From: Octopus bimaculoides
Taxonomy: Eukaryota
Length of the DNA stretch: 41,935 nucleotides
NCBI RefSeq assembly: GCF_001194135.2
Contig: NC_068992.1
Location: forward strand, 7,727,704 to 7,769,638
Direction: 5' to 3'
A program made the position numbers and the translations under genes. A model generated the notes under the pieces. That model was not told the DNA's origin and did no database searches. It saw only the letters and a list, made by a program, of their open reading frames with translations. Shown here piece after piece: positions 36,185-41,935 of this stretch. Each line of letters starts with the position of its first letter. Position 1 is the stretch's first letter.

Positions 36185-36769
36185 TTATGTTTAAAGGTAA
36201 AAACTAACACTAAGCAGTGTTAAAATGTAATGCTGAGGGGTTAGAACTGAAATTTAAAGAAATGGTGATAGTAATGGTAAAATGTAAGATTTACGGTGGT
36301 GGTGGTGGTGGTGGTGAGAGTGGACAAAAAAAAAATTAGCTACCATGGGTGGTGGGCAAAATCACCTATTTTGGGGAGGGGTAGTAAGGTAATAGAGGTG
36401 GTGGTGGTGGTGGTGGTGGAGGGGAGGTCAACGTGTTTCATCCATTAAAAGATCGGTCTAGCATTTTATCTATTCCCTTATCCAACAGTGTTCCTTTGTT
36501 TGGAAACAGTACATAGCCCACCACTACCATCACCGTACATAGCTTACCTCTCTCTCCATTATAATCGGTAACATACCTCACTTCACCCAAACATAATCTT
36601 TTCCCCTTAAGACTCCCAAGTTTGTCGTTTTGTTTAATCCTTTATTTTTATATTTACATCTTGTTTTGTTTTTCTCTCATAGGAACTCGGTGATATCAAC
36701 TGTTTTTCGGTAATGTTTGACGTATGACTTAAGTGTGTTTTGTTGTGGCGAGACTTAACTCCCAGCATC

Positions 36770-36773
36770 TTTC

Positions 36774-36829
<56 letters not shown>

Positions 36830-36842
36830 CCTACCTACCTAC

Positions 36843-36896
<54 letters not shown>

Positions 36897-36951
36897 CTTT
36901 TCTCTCATACGCGTTTTCATTTTATCTCGTCAAAATGTCCTATCCCCTCCG

Positions 36952-37038
<87 letters not shown>

Positions 37039-37062
37039 CTCTCTCTCTCTCTTGCTCTCTCT
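36770..37062. repeat. (ATCT)n and (CT)n microsatellites; also (AGAT)n at 39642-39735
   Basis: Seen directly. Confidence 0.95.
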
Positions 37063-38718
37063 GCTCCAATACTTTTCCGCCAGACCACCACTGGTGGTTC
37101 CAACGGCATCAGCGAAATATTACTGAACCATTACCAATGCACTCAGTATCTCTGCCAGTTATCAAACGTTTGTTGAAAAAAAAAGTATGAAAGTATGAAA
37201 ATATGATCTATCACTTACTTCGTCGTTGTCTTGCTGACACTGGAGAGAAAGAGAGAGAGAGAGAGAGGGAGAAAAGAAAGGGAAAGAGAAAGGAATGAAG
37301 AGAGAAACAAAACAAAACAAAAAAAGAGACCGCCCCATTGTAAAGTAGAATAATAATTCAAAGAAAGAATGGTAGGGAAGGAAAAAAAGATAGAATGAAA
37401 AAATTACAAAAATGAATNNNNNNNNNNNNNNNNNNNNNNNNNNNNNNNNNNNNNNNNNNNNNNNNNNNNNNNNNNNNNNNNNNNNNNNNNNNNNNNNNNN
37501 NNNNNNNNNNNNNNNNNNNNNNNNNNNNNNNNNNNNNNNNNNNNNNNNNNNNNNNNNNNNNNNNNNNNNNNNNNNNNNNNNNNNNNNNNNNNNNNNNNNN
37601 NNNNNNNNNNNNNNNNNNNNNNNNNNNNNNNNNNNNNNNNNNNNNNNNNNNNNNNNNNNNNNNNNNNNNNNNNNNNNNCCACCACCACCACCACTACTAC
37701 TACTGTTACTACATGGTAGGTAGTAAACCTTTTCAGTGAATTCATTTTCCTTTTACATTTAGAGTTCAAACCCTACCGAGATCGGTTTTCCCTTTCATAG
37801 TCTCAAGGTTGATAACAAGAAATACCAGTAAAAAAAAAAGAACAAAAAACCCCCAAAAACTTCGGATCGATATAATCGATTACACAGCTCTAATCCCTAA
37901 TCCCCTAAACCATAGGTTAATCTTTGAAATCATTATCATGCTGGGATGATGATATTCTGGTCGTTGTTGTTGTTATTGAGTCTCAGGTTTGCTCCGATTC
38001 GAACTCAAAAAGTAACGATAATAATTTTATTTAAGCTTAGCGTTGATATCTGTTGTTGCCCAAATAACATGTAGCATTGTTAACATGTAACCACACATCG
38101 TGAAAATACATTGGATGGTCTAATTATGATATGCTTCTTAAACGGGCTAATAATATTAAAATATTCTGCTTCTTTTGCACTGCCGATTCTATTGTTGGTT
38201 GATATCTGGAATTTTTTTTTTATCAAGAGATTAAAAGCGATTTGAATTACAAACCACGTCCTTTACTTTTAATATATATATATATAAAAAGTCATCCATG
38301 ACTACAAGAAAATTAACCGACAGACAGAATTTCGCGTTTATTATTATAGAAGATATAATTAATCGTAATTCTGGCAAGAACGTTTTTGATAATAGGACTT
38401 CTAGACTAGCATTGAACTGAGATTAAATAACAACTTAGCTCACGCATAGAATCAAACAAATGAACAGAGAAATACAAAATCAGTTTTCTAAAAAAACATG
38501 CGCGGTGGCTCTGGATCACTATTATTATTATAGACGTTCATTTTCGACCTTCTTATAATCCTTACAATCTGAACTGGAATTGGAATTTTGAATACGAAAT
38601 CAAGCAGTACAGAAAGTACACATATACAAAGAAATATACATTTGAAATTATTTATTATCTCCCCCTTTGGGAGTTCTATTTATTTATTTATTTATTTATT
38701 TATCTATTTATTTGTTAT

Positions 38719-38864
38719 ATCTTTCTCCGTTTTCTTCCTCTGTTTAGACGAACTTTCCTACCTTTTCGGACAAAACCTTTTGTAACCTTCGTCCTGTCTT
38801 TGTCCTTACATGTTTTTAATTGATATTAGCCCTTGTGGCTAATAAAACGAATTAATTATTATTG
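38719..38864 (+). mobile_element. Element D, copy 2
   Basis: Near-identical to 1012-1165; followed by a C SINE 3' fragment (38875-38965). Confidence 0.75.
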
Positions 38865-39639
38865 TTATCATTCAGAATAAGTACCAGTTGGACACTGAGG
38901 TCGATGTGATCGACTCATCCACCCTTCTCAAATTTTCTGCCCTTATGACAAAATTTGAAACCATTATTATTATTATTATTATTATTGTTGTTATTATTGT
39001 TGTTGTTGTTGTTGTTGTTATTTATGAAATTCAATTTCGTCTCTCATTGTTCAATGTTCAAGTCCTAATTATCTCAACTTCACCATTCGCCGTTCCAGTT
39101 TCGACAAAATAAATACTACATATGTATCCCAAGCCGAATATGACCGTTACCAATAATATTTAGTGTTCTTGTGTGAATTCAACTAATTGTTATTACTTCA
39201 ATTCCAGCAATGATGAATTCGCAGAACTAGTAGAACACTGAACAAATACCTTGTCTGAAATCAACGAAAGTCTTCCTGAAACATCTCACTCTCTAACTCC
39301 GCCAATACGCCGCCTTCACTAGGGGATCGAATTACCTTATGGTTCTTAAAAGGGTTAGTACTAAGACTCTCTCTCCTCTTCCTCCGGTGATTCTATTATT
39401 GGTTGATACCGTATAGAAATATTTCTATCAAGGGATTAAAACAGAGTTGGATTACAACCGACTGACATCGCGCTGGGAGAAAAGGAGTCGGATTTTGATG
39501 ATGGCTCTTTTTAACCTGCTCTGGAGATAATAGAAGCCTATCTTTGTGCTGAATGTTAGAAACCTTGCAGCTCTTCCTTACACCCTTTCTTCTACCTTTT
39601 CTTTCTCTCGCTCACTGAAACAAACACACACGCATACAT

Positions 39640-39687
<48 letters not shown>

Positions 39688-39689
39688 CC

Positions 39690-39723
<34 letters not shown>

Positions 39724-40106
39724 CCAGATAGATAATGCTCACTTACATCAAGCTTCGCAAATATGAAATATCCTTAATTGATAAGTCTAATTTAACCAAA
39801 ATTAGATGTGCTTGATTGATCGGGTTGAAATAGTGTGAACTACAGAAACACTTCCAGAAAAAAATAGAGTAGAAGGGAAGTAGGGGAGAAGGCAAAGGAG
39901 GAGGAGGAGGGGAGAGGGAAGATGTTACGTAGATCCTGTTAAACAGTAGCTTGTCGGTTCAAACATCTTGTCCTATCTTTTTGTTTCTTGACGTTGATTT
40001 TTCGACCTTCTTATAAATGTTAGTAAAATATATATCTGTAATATATCAGGTCAGTTTAATCTTTATAACTTTGTGTCGCTACATCAATGTGAGAAATCAT
40101 TTATAT

Positions 40107-40162
40107 CCAATTTTCAGCGTAGCCAATCAGGCAATATCTGCTCGTTTATCTAAACATCCAAT
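40107..40162 (+). promoter_or_regulatory. Cluster of three CCAAT motifs (possible NF-Y sites)
   Basis: ccaat at 40107, 40123 (agccaatcag, full NF-Y consensus) and 40158 (atccaatcac); the last two are 35 bp apart. Motif evidence only. Confidence 0.25.
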
Positions 40163-40260
40163 CACAGCACGAAACTAATAAGACTTCCATTTTCTCATTT
40201 CAGTTTCCATGTAAAAACAAATTGGGATTTAGTCCTCTTGTTTATATTTCTTCGAGTTAC

Positions 40261-40400
40261 ATTCTCTGTAGCTATTAACGTCCTGTTGAGGAGGTTGTTG
40301 AACAGAAACGTAGACACATAAAAATCTATGGTGTTCTGAAATGTCCTCAGTAGGGGTTTTTGGCGTCCAGCGCCATCTGTTGATCTTTTAACTCTTCTGA
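40261..40400 (-). CDS. Candidate exon (xRRVKRSTDGAG...LIATEN), or terminal exon SEELKDQQMALDAKNPY*
   Basis: Acceptor tattttacattcaattttgacag|, donor aat|gtaact, 140 nt open in one frame; frame ambiguous. Confidence 0.3.
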
Positions 40401-40441
40401 CTGTCAAAATTGAATGTAAAATATAGACATGGCATAAAACT

Positions 40442-40530
40442 GGCGCAAGCGTGGCTGGGTGGGTAAGAAGTTCGCTTTGCAACCACAGGATTTTTGGTTC
40501 AGTCCCATGCGGATGGGAAAGCCTTCTTTT
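40442..40530 (+). mobile_element. Family B SINE head
   Basis: ggcgcaagcgtggctgggtgggtaagaagttcgctttgcaaccac...ggttcagtccc. Confidence 0.75.
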
Positions 40531-41694
40531 TTCTGTCGAGGGCTTATATGCTCCGTTATTAGACTATTTTCGTTAGTCATTGGACGGTGAAAGGCATAAG
40601 CTTTAAGCTTATATAAAAATACCACTATTATTATTTACAGGATTGCAAAATACGGCACCGTATAATAAAGCCATATTGTAAAAGGATGTAACAAAGTGCT
40701 GCCAGATATTTTGCCTGCCGCGTTATCGATTCTGCTAATCCACCGCCATTTTATAAAAGTCTTTTAGATATTTCAGTCTGAAATACCGCCGTGAACTTTC
40801 AATGAACTCGTGAAAAAATGCATTACAACTGCTTTTGCTTGATATCAAAGTTTCCTTCGATGAATCAATATCATATTTTATTTATTTGATTCTTTTATTC
40901 TATTTCGTTTCATTTCTTTATATCAGGAATGTTCTGGAAGACAGCTTATGTTAAGAATACCATAGTTTGTTAGAATGTCCAATTTCATACTTCAATATTT
41001 GTGTGTAAAATAAGCTGTCCGTTTCTTCGTTTCATTTAATGCTCTACTTGTACAATGTTGCAAGGCGAAAACATCATTGTAAAATCAATTATTAGGAATA
41101 ACTGACTATTTAACTTTTACTACATGAAATATTCTAACATTAACTTAACTATTATTTTTTCATGCGGACGCGGATGACGTCTTTGACGAATTAATTTCAG
41201 AGTTTTGTTGTTACTTTTTAAATATGAATACATTTAAATATGAATACAGCCTAGATACTCAAATGTAAAATCTATTTGTTCATTCGTCTAATTACTCATC
41301 TTTCTATGTCAGTCTGTCTGACTTTCAATAGCTCTATTTATCTGTCTATTGATTGATCTGTCTTTCTCTCTGGCATTCTATTGATTGTCTTTCTTTTTCT
41401 CGCTTTCTTTTCCTTCCTAATTTTATAACAGAAAGATATGATTGTTAATGTTTTCCAATCACATTTCCTATTTCCTACAAAACATTACGAAATATAAAAT
41501 GTTGGCGAAGGTGGGAAAAGAATGAGAGTCAATTGAAATGTTCTGAGTTCAAATCCTACCGATGTCTTCTATGTACTTCACCACTCTGCTGTTGGTAATA
41601 TAGTTACGAATTAAGATGTCCTAAGTCCAGCCAAGTTGTCATTATCAATTGTTACAAAAATGAAATTTCACTTAAATTAAAAGAAATCGGCAAT

Positions 41695-41885
41695 AATCTT
41701 TTCTACTGAAAGTACAAGGACTGAAATTTGGTTGAAGGGGTCCAGCCGATTATATCTATTCTAGTGTTTCACTAGTACTTGATTTATCGACCCCGAAAGG
41801 AGAAAGGTTAAAGATGACCTCGGCAGAATTTGAACTCAAAATGTGAAGACGGACGAAATACGGCTAAGCATTTTGTCCGGCGGTA
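41695..41885 (-). mobile_element. Family C SINE
   Basis: tttatcgaccccgaaaggagaaagg...gacctcggcagaatttgaactc...gctaagcattttgtccggcg. Confidence 0.8.
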
Positions 41886-41935
41886 GGGGGGGGGCGGTGA
41901 TGGCGGCGGCGGCAATGGCAGCGGCAGTGGTGGCG

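Noticed and set aside
39210-39279. C/D-box snoRNA-like motif (atgatga ... ctga ... ctga)
   Set aside because: No terminal stem, no clear C' box, and no rRNA-complementary guide that I could recognise

Overview
Eukaryotic, AT-rich, non-coding DNA packed with microsatellites and short interspersed repeats, with 8 N-gaps. The repeat repertoire is what I associate with an octopod cephalopod (Octopus sp.) draft assembly; the organism is an inference. No complete protein-coding gene, rRNA, true tRNA gene or CRISPR array is supported. Most of the window is SINE-like DNA from several families, labelled A-G here (local labels only). Also present: a fossil hAT (ZMYM1-like) transposase, Charlie-like hAT MITE ends, a TTAA-flanked piggyBac-type MITE shell, and a few unique islands with canonical splice sites that may be exons of an unidentified minus-strand host gene. 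The best signal is a minimal type I hammerhead ribozyme of the Penelope type (21554-21599), nested with a hAT end inside the piggyBac shell. Other points of interest: a perfect 20-bp hairpin, modular SINE tails sharing one 3' motif, closely spaced inverted SINE pairs, and a ~170-codon frame restored by removing a TSD-flanked SINE. Boundaries of decayed repeats are approximate (about +/-10-20 nt).
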